DNA of 64,000 nucleotides from Blastocatellia bacterium (GCA_963765495.1 CAVXWP010000016.1:288001-352000); one strand, 5' to 3'; shown: positions 39,706-50,603, counted from the stretch's first letter. Notes: generated by a model from the sequence alone, not told the origin. Program-made: numbers and translations.

Positions 39706-41886
39706 ATGCGAAGATTTCTACTGGTTATATTGATTCTGCTTCTGCCCACGGCGGCGACCGTCTTTTTGTACTTCAACATCAAGACAAAAAAGATTCCTAC
39801 GAGCCGTGAAGCCGTGGGGCAGGTCACCACGCTTGCCGGCGCAGGCTATCCCGGTCTTGAGGATGGAACAGCTTTCGAGGCCGCCTTCAGTGACCCGTTC
39901 GGCATCGCCGTAGACATTCGAGGCAACGTCCTCGTCGCAGACGGAGGCGAGGCCAATCGCATTAGAAGAATCACGCCCGAAGGCAAGGTTGACACAGTAG
40001 CCGGTTCCTCGGAAGGCTTTGCCGATGGCCGCGCGGCCTCATCCGAATTCAACACCCCGTCAGGCATAGCCACCGATAAACGAGGCAATCTATTCATTGC
40101 CGATACTGCAAACAACCGCATACGCGAGCTTGGCGCGAACGGCGAAGTCAGCACCGTCGCAGGGAGCGGTGCGCGAGGGTACAGGGACGGCCCGGCATCG
40201 GAGGCTCAATTCGACGGCCCGCTCGCAGTGGCTCTCGACGGGCAGGGAAATGTCTATATAACAGACAGCTATAATGACCGCATCCGAAGGGTTTCAATCG
40301 ACGGCGAGGTCACAACAGTCGCGGGCACAGGCACGCCGGGATTTAGCGACGGCCCGGCCCTCTCGGCTCAATTCGATACGCCCGCCGGTATCGCGGTTGA
40401 CGAACAGGGAAATGTTTACGTAGCCGATACGGGAAATCACGCGATCCGCAAAATCACTCCGCAAGGCGAAGTCAGCACTCTCAGGGATTCGCAAGACCCG
40501 CCCACAAACATCAATCGTCCCATAAGTCTCGTCGTGACCCACGATGGTTTTTTGTTTGTGGCCGACGAGCGCGGACGCGTCTATCGCATATCGCCCGAAT
40601 CCGAGTTCAGCCTCTTTGCCGGTTCGGAGGCCGGTTATGCGGAAGGCGTAGGCGCGGCGGCGCGATTCAACTCTCCTTCGGGCATAGCCATAGACGGCGC
40701 GGGCAACATCTATGTAGCCGACACGCAGAATTATTTGATCAGGAAGATAGTTCCTGTCGCTCAGGGATCAAACGCCGCTCAGACGAGTGGTGCGTCAGAA
40801 AAATTTATTCAACCGCCTGTTGAAAACGGCTCCACTGATTCGGTAAAGGCCGTCCCTCGATTCGACAGAATCTTTCAGAACGCGGGCCAGTCTTTTCCGT
40901 GGCCTGTCAATCCGCAGGATCAATGGCACGAGGTAACGGGACTTGTGGGCGAAGCGCGCGGCGCTTCGGGCGGCGTCGCGCTCGACCACCTGCATAGCGG
41001 TCTCGATATTCGCGGCAATATGGGAGAACCTGCCCTCTCGGTGCTTGATGAGAAGATCAGTTCTCCGATTCCCGCGTGGGGATTTGGCAATTCGGGTGAA
41101 GGCATCGGCCTGAGGCTTATGCGATATATTCACATCCGCGTGGGGCGCAACGAGAGAGACGAGATTCAGGCGCAGGATAAATTCAAACCTCGTCTCGATG
41201 AAACGGGAAAGATCATCGGCATCAGGGCGCGGCGCGGAACTCGATTCAAAGTGGGCGACTTCCTCGGTACGATAAACAGTCTCTATCACGTTCATCTCAA
41301 CCTCGGCCCCTGGAACGCCGAAGCCAATCCGATCAATTTTCCTTTCGTCGGCTTCAAAGATACTATCGCTCCAACGATTGAGCCTGACGGTATCGAAGTG
41401 GTCAATCAGGCAGGCGAAGCTTTCAAACAGAAGCGCGACGGTCGCCTTATCGTCTCAGGTGACATAGACATCATCGTAACGGCTTATGACAGGGTTGACG
41501 GCAACGGGAACACGCGCAAGCTCGGTCTCTACAAGGCGGGTTATCAGTTGTTCACCGAAGACGGCGCGGCGGTCAAAGGTTTTGAAGAACCGCTCATCAA
41601 CATAGATTTTCATCGCCTGCCCCCGGATGATTCCTCCGTCTTTATCGCCTACGCGCCGGGCAGCGGGGTCAGCGCATACGGAACTCCGACAAAATTCAGA
41701 TACATAGTGACGAACCGGGTTCGAGATGGTGAAGCCAGAGACGGATTGTTTCGCACATCTGAACTCGCGCCCGGACATTACATTCTGAGGGTAGTTGCCG
41801 AAGATTTTGCAGGCAATCGAGCATCGGGAAAATCTATCGAAATGCCCCTCTTTATTGAAGCCGCGCAATCGGGCGCGCAGAAATAA
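39706..41886 (+). CDS. NHL-repeat protein fused to an M23-like domain
   Basis: N-terminal hydrophobic helix; F..P.GIA.D..GN.YVAD repeats; HSGLD and HVH. Confidence 0.8.
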   Translation: MRRFLLVILILLLPTAATVFLYFNIKTKKIPTSREAVGQVTTLAGAGYPGLEDGTAFEAAFSDPFGIAVDIRGNVLVADGGEANRIRRITPEGKVDTVAGSSEGFADGRAASSEFNTPSGIATDKRGNLFIADTANNRIRELGANGEVSTVAGSGARGYRDGPASEAQFDGPLAVALDGQGNVYITDSYNDRIRRVSIDGEVTTVAGTGTPGFSDGPALSAQFDTPAGIAVDEQGNVYVADTGNHAIRKITPQGEVSTLRDSQDPPTNINRPISLVVTHDGFLFVADERGRVYRISPESEFSLFAGSEAGYAEGVGAAARFNSPSGIAIDGAGNIYVADTQNYLIRKIVPVAQGSNAAQTSGASEKFIQPPVENGSTDSVKAVPRFDRIFQNAGQSFPWPVNPQDQWHEVTGLVGEARGASGGVALDHLHSGLDIRGNMGEPALSVLDEKISSPIPAWGFGNSGEGIGLRLMRYIHIRVGRNERDEIQAQDKFKPRLDETGKIIGIRARRGTRFKVGDFLGTINSLYHVHLNLGPWNAEANPINFPFVGFKDTIAPTIEPDGIEVVNQAGEAFKQKRDGRLIVSGDIDIIVTAYDRVDGNGNTRKLGLYKAGYQLFTEDGAAVKGFEEPLINIDFHRLPPDDSSVFIAYAPGSGVSAYGTPTKFRYIVTNRVRDGEARDGLFRTSELAPGHYILRVVAEDFAGNRASGKSIEMPLFIEAAQSGAQK

Positions 41887-41890
41887 AATC

Positions 41891-41919
41891 TCGACAAATT
41901 AACCAATGGCTGATAGCAT
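41891..41919 (+). promoter_or_regulatory. Putative sigma70 promoter of the RRM gene
   Basis: TCGACA-17 nt-TAGCAT. Confidence 0.5.
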
Positions 41920-42084
41920 TAAGTCCGTTCGTACGCGGCGGCGCGCGTGGCCGCTGCAATGTGTGGCATCAGGAGCGCGTCTGTTCTGTTCGGAAGTGTC
42001 TGCTAGGTTCCTCTGCTCGACCCTGTCCCGGATAGCCTAAACGGGTTCCTCTAACAAAGCTTCGAAAGATGCTTAGGAGAATCT

Positions 42085-42420
42085 ATGAGTATGAGAATTT
42101 TTGTAGGAAATCTGTCTTATCAAACGACAGAAGATCAGCTCTCTGACCTGTTTTCACAGGCGGGAGAGGTGGAGTCGGCCACGATAATAACCGACCGGGA
42201 TACGGGACGCTCTCGCGGTTTCGCCTTTATTGAAATGGACAAAGATGCAGGAGCGGCTGCGATAGAGCAATTCAACGGTTATGAGTTAAATGGACGAGCT
42301 ATAAATGTAAACGAAGCGCGCCCGCGCCCTGAACGCGGCGGCGGCTTTGGCGGCGGCGGCGGCGGACGGGGCGGCGGCTACGGCGGCGGACGGGGACAGC
42401 GCCGCGAGCCACGCTGGTAG
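42085..42420 (+). CDS. RRM RNA-binding protein with Gly-rich tail
   Basis: IFVGNL (RNP2), RGFAFI (RNP1). Confidence 0.95.
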   Translation: MSMRIFVGNLSYQTTEDQLSDLFSQAGEVESATIITDRDTGRSRGFAFIEMDKDAGAAAIEQFNGYELNGRAINVNEARPRPERGGGFGGGGGGRGGGYGGGRGQRREPRW

Positions 42421-42444
42421 TTCTATCCCTCCATCAGAAATATG

Positions 42445-42477
42445 AAAGGCCGGGCGCGTCCCGGCCTTTTTCTTTTG
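42445..42477 (+). terminator. Rho-independent terminator
   Basis: aaaggccggg cgcgt cccggccttt followed by T tract. Confidence 0.85.
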
Positions 42478-42582
42478 GGATTAGGTATGAATAAAGGTTG
42501 ATAACACGGGTTAGTTTATGTATTTCACCTAAAGCTTAAGAGTAGGGCTTTCCTCTGATAGCCGTGTCAAATTCGCGTCTTA

Positions 42583-44532
42583 TTATTTCTTTGAAGAACG
42601 GCAAACCTTGGCCTGCGGATGAGTCAAACAAACCAGCCGTTTTAATTCATCAATCTCTTTTTGTTGTTGCTCGATGGTGCGTTGTTCTGCCTCGATCTGC
42701 GCTTGTTGTTCTTTGACAGCGTTGATCAGAATCGTGGTCAGTTGACCGTACTTCACGCCTTCAATCTCGCCCGCGTCATTGCGAGTAACGAGCAGGGGTT
42801 CGACCTCCGAAACCTCTTCGGCGCCGAAACCGACATCGCGCAACCCGCCCTCTTTCCAGGTAAAGGCGATGGGGCGCAGACGGCGCAGGGCGTCAAGGCC
42901 GGCTGTGAATGACTGCACATCGGTTTTGTATCGGAGACTCGATGCACAGGTAGCGATTTGATTGGAGGCATTGCGGCAAAGCGTTGTGCTTCCGGCTGCG
43001 CCGAGGGTGGCGACGCGGATGATGCCGTTGACATCAAGTTTATCCTGAGGGGTGGTTATGCCGATGCCGAGGTTGCCGCTAGCGAGGATGGTAAGGCGGC
43101 TCAAGTTTGCGGTGCGGTCAACGATTTCGAATCTGCCATTGTGAACGCCATCGGAAGATTGCAACGTCCACTTGATGCCTCCTGAATCCGAGCTTTCGAT
43201 CATGATCTCCTGGTCGCTTGAACCGAGTATGTGAAGATGCTTTGCGGGGGCAGTTGTACCGATGCCGACTCGGGTATCGGCTGTGGCAAAATTAACGCCG
43301 TTGATGGAGCCGAGGACGAGGGAATCACTTTGAGCGACCAGTGCGCGGAAACCGATGGCGGCGGCGTTTGTGAGGTTGTTCGCTCCGACATTTGCGCTCG
43401 AACCAATGATGGTATTTTGTGTGCCCGTGGTGTTACTAAAGCCAGCCGATGTGCCGAAGAAGGCATTGGAGACGCCCGTTGTGTTACTAGATCCCACCTG
43501 TACCCCGAAGAAGGCGTTGGCGTCGCCCGTTGTGTTAGTCGTGCCAGCCGATGCGCCGAAGAAGGCGTTGCTGACGCCCGTGGTGTTATTCATGCCAGCA
43601 TCTTTGCCGAAGAAGGAGTTGAAGCCGCCCGTGGTGTTGTTCTGGCCAGATGATCTGCCGAAGAAGGCGTTGGCGTCGCCCGTGGTGTTAAAGAAGCCAG
43701 CCGATGTGCCGAAGAAGAGGTTGGAGTTGCCCGTGGTGTTACTTCTGCCAGCCGATGTGCCGAAGAAGCCGTTGTCGAAGCCCGTGGTGTTTGCCGTGCC
43801 CGCTCCAAATCCGGCAAACAGGTTATTATTCGATCCATTTGCGATCAATACCCGAGTGCTCCCGATATTGAATTGGGTTACCGCATTGACCGCATTCGCT
43901 GACAGCGTGCCGCCCGCTGTCCCATTCCCACTGATGTTGAAGTTGCTTGTGGCTTGCTGAACGGTCCCGTTCTGCACATAGCTGGCGCTTCCCCCAGGCA
44001 CACTCCCAACGGGTATTGCTCCCGTCACAGTGCTGCCGTTTACGCTTTGAATCTGCCCGCTCGTCACGCAATTTACGCACGCCACCGACAAACCATCGGC
44101 GCTCCCCGCGCTCAAGCTTTTAATCGCATAAGGGTTCGATGTTACCTGCTGCCGCCCGTTTAGCTGGGTGAATGCCCCGCCGCCTGCCACCCTCACGCTG
44201 ATCTCTAAAAAGCGATTCGCGCCGTTGAAACAGGTGGCGCAAGGACCGAAATCCAACTGCGCGGTGAAGACGCCGTTTGTCACACTGACATTGAGTCGTT
44301 GAACCGTTGACCCTTGTTGCGAGCCGCCGCTTGAGACATCAAAGAGGCGAAACTCAAAATCATAGTTGCCGGTCGCAGGGTTGCCACTGTCGGTCAACTG
44401 GCCTTGATAAGTAAAGGTCGTCGTTTGTCCATACGCGCTCGCTGTGGATGCGATTATCGCTATCCCCAGTAGCAGACTTGAAACGAGTAAGTTAAATAGT
44501 CGTCTATGTGGTTGAGGTGATCGGGTGAGCAT
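42583..44532 (-). CDS. Exported fibre-like protein with 14-aa repeats and C-terminal S74 chaperone domain
   Basis: Signal peptide, TFTYQGQL, (NTTGxxNxFFGxxAG)n, SSLRYK...GFGAEEV, coiled coil. Confidence 0.85.
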   Translation of the reverse strand: MLTRSPQPHRRLFNLLVSSLLLGIAIIASTASAYGQTTTFTYQGQLTDSGNPATGNYDFEFRLFDVSSGGSQQGSTVQRLNVSVTNGVFTAQLDFGPCATCFNGANRFLEISVRVAGGGAFTQLNGRQQVTSNPYAIKSLSAGSADGLSVACVNCVTSGQIQSVNGSTVTGAIPVGSVPGGSASYVQNGTVQQATSNFNISGNGTAGGTLSANAVNAVTQFNIGSTRVLIANGSNNNLFAGFGAGTANTTGFDNGFFGTSAGRSNTTGNSNLFFGTSAGFFNTTGDANAFFGRSSGQNNTTGGFNSFFGKDAGMNNTTGVSNAFFGASAGTTNTTGDANAFFGVQVGSSNTTGVSNAFFGTSAGFSNTTGTQNTIIGSSANVGANNLTNAAAIGFRALVAQSDSLVLGSINGVNFATADTRVGIGTTAPAKHLHILGSSDQEIMIESSDSGGIKWTLQSSDGVHNGRFEIVDRTANLSRLTILASGNLGIGITTPQDKLDVNGIIRVATLGAAGSTTLCRNASNQIATCASSLRYKTDVQSFTAGLDALRRLRPIAFTWKEGGLRDVGFGAEEVSEVEPLLVTRNDAGEIEGVKYGQLTTILINAVKEQQAQIEAEQRTIEQQQKEIDELKRLVCLTHPQAKVCRSSKK

Positions 44533-44842
44533 TAGCGTACCTCCAGTGGGATGTTGTTGCTGACGCAGGCACGCCAGACAGATTGTGAAACTGGTTCTAT
44601 GCGACTAAAAGATGAGTAGAAAGCGCATGCCAACTGAGCCTGCAAGCAAAGTCTCATCATTAAAATCAATGGAAACCGAAAGGCGAGAGTCTGGTACGGG
44701 TACTGAAACCAGACCATCAATGAAGCAGATTCAATTTAGAGATTGTCCTGGGACATGTCAAGCCACCTGGAACTCAGGATTGTACGGTCTAACAAGGTCG
44801 GCTTTAGACTACCTGCCTTTGTAGTATTGAGAAAAAACAGAT

Positions 44843-45050
44843 AATACACAGTCAGTCAGTAGTTGAAGGATAAAGCCGATGCAATTTGCGCCTCGCATCT
44901 TCATTTGTAAAACGTCACTTAATCTTGGCTCTTATTGCATTGCGCTCCTCTTCCAACTAATTGACATCTCGTTTCAGTGTTTCTTCATCCCCTATACGAC
45001 GGTCATACACTGTCGACTAAACACGCTCAAGATGATCTCCGCTATATTCG
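44843..45050 (-). mobile_element. IS630-family transposase 3' remnant
   Basis: Hand translation: NIAEIILSVFSRQC/DRRIGDEETLKRDVN*LEEERNAIRAKIK*RFTNEDARRKLHRLYPS, with one frameshift and two stops. Confidence 0.75.
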
Positions 45051-45086
45051 CTCCCCACCAGCATTCTCGATATTCGCCTCACTCCC

Positions 45087-46790
45087 TCACCTGTTAATCT
45101 TAAAATTAACGAGTTGGCGAGGCTTTTGCGTTGTATTGGCTACGCGGTATCCTACAGTGAATAAGAGTCTGAGGTCTTCGACCGCGCCCGACAAATCCCA
45201 ATCCGGTTTTATCTCATCCGAAGGTTTGTGATAATCATTTGCGGTGTATTCGTCGCGCTTCTGCATGCCCCAGGCGGTAGATTTGCCTATGTAGTCTATG
45301 CCTGCTTCGGGGTCGAGCGCGGGCACGCCCTGCTTGGCAAAATTGAAATGGTCCGAGCGATAATAGAATCCTTTTTCCGGCTCCGCGTCGGGTCTCAGCA
45401 CTCGTTTCTGCTCGGCGGCGGCTTTGCGCAATACGTCGTCGAGCGTAGAGTTGCCAAGCCCGATGACTGTGACATCACGAGTGCGCCCCCACTGATTGAG
45501 CCCGTCCATATTGATTTCCGCCACGGTCTTTACAATCGGATAGATGGGGTTTTCGGCGTAATACTTTGACCCTATCAATCCTTTCTCTTCGGCGGTGACT
45601 GAAAGAAACAGGATCGAACGACGCGGCGCGACGGGCAATGCTTTGAAGGCACGTGCCATCTCGATCAACCCTGCCGTGCCCGAGGCATTGTCGAGCGCGC
45701 CGTTGTAAATCTTGTCGCCTTTCTCATTCGGCAACCCTACGCCAAGATGGTCCCAGTGCGCGGTGTAGATGACATATTCCTCTTTCAGTTTGGGGTCCGA
45801 ACCTTCGAGTTTGCCCAGGACGTTATGCGACTCGCTCCGGCGTATTTTGTTATTGAGCGCGAGGCTCGCGTGTGCTCCAAGCGGCACAGGCTTGAAATCG
45901 GGTTTTACGGCGGCGCGCTTCATCGCGTCGAAATCTTTGCCCGCGTCGGAGAACAGTTCTTTTGCCCGGTCGTTTGTGATCCAGCCTTCGACCGCCACGC
46001 GAGACATATTATTGTCTTTCGACACCAGATCGAATTGCTCTACGGCCCAGCTTCCTTTAACGACTTCCCAGGGGTATCCGGCCGGGCCTGTTTCGTGGAT
46101 TATGATCGCGCCTGCGGCTCCTTTCTCGGCTGCGATTTCGTACTTATAGGTCCACCGACCGTAATAGGTCATGGCTCGCCCACCGAACATCTTCGGGTCG
46201 AGTTTGGTCGGAGATTTCGGATCAGGCACGGGCGGGTCGTTGACAAGCATGACAATGACTTTGCCACGAACATCCACGTCTTTGTAATCATCCCAGTTGT
46301 ATTCGGGCGCAACCGTGCCGTAACCGACAAAGATCATATCGGCATCAATGCTTGCCTTCTCGGCTACGCGCTTGGTCCACGCGATATAATCATCGCCGTA
46401 TTTCAGGTCCATCTTTTTATTACCGACTTTTATCTCCATCTGCGGCTTGCCTTCGACGGTGATGCCTACGAGCGGGACCTTCTGAAAATAAGTGCTGTCG
46501 GTATTTCCGGGCGCAAGACCTATCTTTTTGAACTGATCGGCTATGTAGTTTATAGAGAGTTCTTCTCCGTGCGTGGCCGGTGCGCGGCCTTCATATTCAT
46601 CGGAAGAAAGCGTTTTGATGTGCTTCATCAATCCGTCCGTAGTGATAGCGTTTAGCGCCGCTTTATCGGGCTGCATCGCTCCGCGTTTTTGAGGACCGTG
46701 TTTTTGAGGGCTGCGCTTTTGCGGCGCGCCTGCAAGAGCGAGCACCGAAATCATGAGAATAGAGCATAATGTAAGAATCTGTTTTTTCAT
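45087..46790 (-). CDS. Exported M28 peptidase with PA domain; C-terminus possibly truncated
   Basis: [29 protein letters not shown]. Confidence 0.9.
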   Translation of the reverse strand: MKKQILTLCSILMISVLALAGAPQKRSPQKHGPQKRGAMQPDKAALNAITTDGLMKHIKTLSSDEYEGRAPATHGEELSINYIADQFKKIGLAPGNTDSTYFQKVPLVGITVEGKPQMEIKVGNKKMDLKYGDDYIAWTKRVAEKASIDADMIFVGYGTVAPEYNWDDYKDVDVRGKVIVMLVNDPPVPDPKSPTKLDPKMFGGRAMTYYGRWTYKYEIAAEKGAAGAIIIHETGPAGYPWEVVKGSWAVEQFDLVSKDNNMSRVAVEGWITNDRAKELFSDAGKDFDAMKRAAVKPDFKPVPLGAHASLALNNKIRRSESHNVLGKLEGSDPKLKEEYVIYTAHWDHLGVGLPNEKGDKIYNGALDNASGTAGLIEMARAFKALPVAPRRSILFLSVTAEEKGLIGSKYYAENPIYPIVKTVAEINMDGLNQWGRTRDVTVIGLGNSTLDDVLRKAAAEQKRVLRPDAEPEKGFYYRSDHFNFAKQGVPALDPEAGIDYIGKSTAWGMQKRDEYTANDYHKPSDEIKPDWDLSGAVEDLRLLFTVGYRVANTTQKPRQLVNFKINR

Positions 46791-46809
46791 CGTGTGTACC
46801 TCCTGAAAG

Positions 46810-46842
46810 TTGAGACTTGAGATTTGAGATTTCAAACCTCAA
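46810..46842. repeat. Heptamer repeat, TTGAGAT family (partial element)
   Basis: ttgagacttgagatttgagatttcaaacctcaa. Confidence 0.55.
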
Positions 46843-49334
46843 GGATTGGCGCTGGTCTGAATCGCGTTAAACAGAAAAGGCAGCGTAGCCGTGCTCTGGC
46901 CTCGATACTGAGGCCGGAACGCAAACATTATGACACGGCCTTTGCCGAGCTTTGCTTCGACAATCGCGCCGCGACCCGCCAGCTTTTCTGCGCCCAGCAA
47001 CCATCCCGACAACAGCAATTCTTTCGCGTCGGCAAATCGCGCAACGACCCGCGCATCCGCGCTCGTAGTCTCAAAGGCTGGTCCGCGCTCAAACCACGCT
47101 ATCCCTTCATCCGGCTTTCCATCGAGCGGCGGCGCGCCTTTTGTAAGAGGCTCGGCGGCTTTGAACTCTATCTTGAGTATGGAACCGGGGCAGTAAAAAT
47201 CTTTTGCAGGGATACCATCCAGAACGTTTTTTACAGGCACGCCCAATTGCCCGATTGCAAATTCGGATGCATCGTTGAAAGTTATTATCGTACCGCCTTC
47301 TTCTACGAATCGCTTTAACGATTCGACGCCCTCTCGGCCCATGCCTCCACTGACATCGGCGGGATAAGCGGCTTTGGGCAACCCGTCATTGATCTGACGC
47401 GCGCTCTGATCGGGGATGATTATACAATCGAATCTCTTTCTCAAATCTCCCGCCCGAATCTCTTTGTCTACGAGCGAGGAATACCTGAACAGGGGCTTGA
47501 ATTGATCGAGCATCCACCGCGTCCATCCTTCATCCATCGTCGTCGCGTAGTTTTTATAAACAGCCAGACGAGGGGCCAAATCATCTGCTCCCGGCCCTTC
47601 AGTCTTTGGCGGCCCGAGTTTGGCAATGACCTTCGATACCTCGCTATCCCCGGTTGAGACTTTTTCGACAGGCGGCAAATCGAATCGCTTACCAACCGCG
47701 ACCGCGCTTGCGCCCATTAGCAGAGGCAGAGTGTGAGCCGTCACATCATAGGGACGGCGAGGCGGCCCGCCGGGGTATTCGCGCAGGTCGGGATAATGCT
47801 GCCGTTCGAGCAGCGTCTTTGCAAATGCGCCGTAAGGCTGCCCGATCAAAATTATTCGCGTGCCCGCAGGAAAGCGATTGCCGTCTGCTTCAAAAGCCGA
47901 CAGAGAGCGTGAGATTTCGACCCCGCCCCGATTCAAAATCGATTCGATTCTTGCAAGACCGTATTCCTGCCAGAAATGCGCGCCATCCTCTCCATCGCCC
48001 GAAGCATCGGGCGGCAACAACAGATAGGCGAACATCTCTTCGGGCTTTCGCTCTCGCACGGCGTCTTTGCCTATCTGATAAAAATCGCGGAGCCAGCGTT
48101 CACGATAACGCGCCGCATTCCTGAGCAGCGCAAATGCACCGCTCTGCATGTAATCGACTATGTCAGCCAGTTTCCACTCGCCGCCCTGCCACACTTTCGG
48201 ATAGTTCCAGCTTCGCACTTTAGGGTCCAGGTTGACCTGCGGAGTCTGTTTGTCGAAATCTACCGATGTCGGGCTGGCGAGCCTTGCCGATGCCGTCTCG
48301 CTCAAAATGCGAATCCCGCCGTGGTAATGCTGATAGGCTCGGGCCGGGGTCCACGCATCGTATACACCGTTTATCACCACGCCCGCCTTGCCCTGTCCGA
48401 TCAATTCCCACGCCATCGCGCTGCCCATGAAATTGACCCCGGCTTGAATTATAGGGGGCACGTTTGGCTCCCACGGGTCAACATAGGGCGGCAGGAAAAA
48501 GCGACTCCCGGTCGCACCCTGCTGATGTATGTCGTGGACGATCTGCGGGTGCCATTCGTTGTGCACCTTATCGACCGTGAGTCGCGTCTCTACCTGAGTG
48601 AACGCGTACCAGTCGCGGTTGTTGTCGTGCCCGACGTAGTAGTGATAAAGATCGGGCGGGCCGGTTCCCTCGCTCGGAGTGCCGAGCGTCTTATCGTACC
48701 AGTCCTTGACGATGTCTACGCCGTCGGGGTTGAGCGAAGGCACGAGCAGCACTATGCATTTGTCGAGTATCTCGCGCGTCTCATTCGAATCATCCGAGGC
48801 AAGACGGTAGGCGATATTTAGAGCCGCGAGATTTCCACCCACCTCGGTAGAGTGAATCCCGCAGGTGATCAGGACTATCGTGCGGCCTTCGGCGATCAAT
48901 TTCTCGGCCTCTCTCTGATCGCTGTTTATGAGGCGCGGGTCTGCGAGTCGGCGCTGAATCTCTTTGAATCGCGGCAGGCGGGCGAGGTTTTCAGGCGATG
49001 AAATCGTAGCAAGCAGAAACGGACGGCCAAGCGTCGTCCGGCCAAGCTCCTGAACCTTGACGCGATTGCTCGCCCGCGCCAGATGGTTGAAATAATCGGT
49101 CATCTGCGCCCACGAGGCGAGTTTGCGATCATCGCCCGGCGTAAACCCTATTACATCGAGAGGCGCAGGTACGCCCTTTTTTTTCGCGGCCTTCTTTGTT
49201 TGGGATGAAGGCTGGCTGACAACTCGCGCGTGTTTCGCGCCGGAATCAGACAGAGAGGGTAAGGCGATTGCGATGATAAGACCTAAAGAGGCCGCCGCTT
49301 TTGTGAGACTTGAAAACAGACGGAAAGAGGGCAT
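46839..49334 (-). CDS. Exported M14 zinc carboxypeptidase-like protein
   Basis: IHSTE, NPDG, DNNRD, DIH; C-terminal GATase-like segment. Confidence 0.88.
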   Translation of the reverse strand: MPSFRLFSSLTKAAASLGLIIAIALPSLSDSGAKHARVVSQPSSQTKKAAKKKGVPAPLDVIGFTPGDDRKLASWAQMTDYFNHLARASNRVKVQELGRTTLGRPFLLATISSPENLARLPRFKEIQRRLADPRLINSDQREAEKLIAEGRTIVLITCGIHSTEVGGNLAALNIAYRLASDDSNETREILDKCIVLLVPSLNPDGVDIVKDWYDKTLGTPSEGTGPPDLYHYYVGHDNNRDWYAFTQVETRLTVDKVHNEWHPQIVHDIHQQGATGSRFFLPPYVDPWEPNVPPIIQAGVNFMGSAMAWELIGQGKAGVVINGVYDAWTPARAYQHYHGGIRILSETASARLASPTSVDFDKQTPQVNLDPKVRSWNYPKVWQGGEWKLADIVDYMQSGAFALLRNAARYRERWLRDFYQIGKDAVRERKPEEMFAYLLLPPDASGDGEDGAHFWQEYGLARIESILNRGGVEISRSLSAFEADGNRFPAGTRIILIGQPYGAFAKTLLERQHYPDLREYPGGPPRRPYDVTAHTLPLLMGASAVAVGKRFDLPPVEKVSTGDSEVSKVIAKLGPPKTEGPGADDLAPRLAVYKNYATTMDEGWTRWMLDQFKPLFRYSSLVDKEIRAGDLRKRFDCIIIPDQSARQINDGLPKAAYPADVSGGMGREGVESLKRFVEEGGTIITFNDASEFAIGQLGVPVKNVLDGIPAKDFYCPGSILKIEFKAAEPLTKGAPPLDGKPDEGIAWFERGPAFETTSADARVVARFADAKELLLSGWLLGAEKLAGRGAIVEAKLGKGRVIMFAFRPQYRGQSTATLPFLFNAIQTSANP

Positions 49335-49424
49335 GTATTCTCCTTGCTCGATTCGCGGGCGCGGCTCAGGCATGGTTAGTCACGAATCATCGACGGTCTA
49401 TTGCAACGCGCTTTTTGCTCAAAT

Positions 49425-50603
49425 TTACTCGACGACGCGATAAAATATAGCCCCGCCGCCAACTGCCCAGACGTGTAAAAGATCAGCCGCGCCCAGTTTG
49501 TAAATAGGCACTTCCTGCGTGAATTCTATTCTTTCGCTTCCCCATTCGTGGCCGCCGTCGCTCGAATGATAAAGGTACTGCCCCTGATCTGTGCTTATCC
49601 ATCCGTTATTCGGATCGACAAAGAATACGCCGCGCGCACCTCCGCCATTCAGGATTCGCAACATTGCCCACGAATTGCCGCCGTTTTCTGTTCCGATCAC
49701 GCGCCCTTCCTCAGCCTCGGGATCGCTCGCCGTAGCCCATCCGTGTTGACCATCAACAAAGTTAAGGGCCGTGATAGAAAAATCCATCCGCCCGACAGGG
49801 CTTGATGTGGAGGTGCCTCCACCCGGCTCCATTCCGCTTCGCTGAGTGCTCCAGGTCAGCCCTCCATCCGTCGTGTGATAGATCGCGCCTTTCGTCCCAC
49901 CGGCCCATCCATTCATCTTATCGAGGAAGAAGACATCATTGATTGTAACCGAAACGTGGCGCTGCGATCTCCAGGTAGCCCCGCCGTCTGTGGTCGCCAG
50001 TATATCGCTCGGGCTGCTGTCTTCGATGTCATCAATAGGCGTAGTCGCGCCGCCCATCCATCCGTTGTTTTCGTCTGCGAAAAAGATCGAGGTCGGAATC
50101 TGCTTGAAGGCAAGCTTTGAGGCGGCCCACGTCTCTCCACCATCGGTCGTCTTCAACACGACTCCCGCGTTTGCAGCGCCCTCCTGTGTGGCCCCAACTA
50201 CCCACCCCAGATTCGGGTTCACGAAATGGATCGCGTTCAAAACCGGCACCTTCATGCCCGAGGTCTGAACGCGAAATTCCGTCCAGTTCTGCCCGCCGTC
50301 GGTAGTTCGCAAAACCACACCTATGCGCGCTTTGGCATCCCCGGGGTCGGGCATATCACTGGCTACGAAGACGACGCTTGCCGATACTACCGATATATCG
50401 TTGTAAGAGTAAGTCGCAAGGTGAAGCCCTTCGGAAACCTTCGAGGCGGGCGATTGATATTGAGCCACCCATTTAGCCGTCTTTGCCGGTGTGGCTGCTT
50501 GATTCGAATTCTGCTGATTGCTGTTGGATGGCGTAGGCTGGCAACTCATCACGGCGAGCGAAACTGTCAATATCAGCGCAGAGATCATCACATGATTCTT
50601 CAT
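49425..50603 (-). CDS. YCF48/BNR-repeat lipoprotein
   Basis: Lipobox VMSC; TTDGG.TW repeats. Confidence 0.85.
   Translation of the reverse strand: MKNHVMISALILTVSLAVMSCQPTPSNSNQQNSNQAATPAKTAKWVAQYQSPASKVSEGLHLATYSYNDISVVSASVVFVASDMPDPGDAKARIGVVLRTTDGGQNWTEFRVQTSGMKVPVLNAIHFVNPNLGWVVGATQEGAANAGVVLKTTDGGETWAASKLAFKQIPTSIFFADENNGWMGGATTPIDDIEDSSPSDILATTDGGATWRSQRHVSVTINDVFFLDKMNGWAGGTKGAIYHTTDGGLTWSTQRSGMEPGGGTSTSSPVGRMDFSITALNFVDGQHGWATASDPEAEEGRVIGTENGGNSWAMLRILNGGGARGVFFVDPNNGWISTDQGQYLYHSSDGGHEWGSERIEFTQEVPIYKLGAADLLHVWAVGGGAIFYRVVE

Noticed and set aside
42583-44532. Prophage tail gene
   Set aside because: It has a signal peptide and no neighbouring phage genes.
44616-44635. Sigma54 promoter for the fibre gene (TGGCATGCGCTTTCT, minus strand)
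   Set aside because: Lacks the conserved GC at -12.
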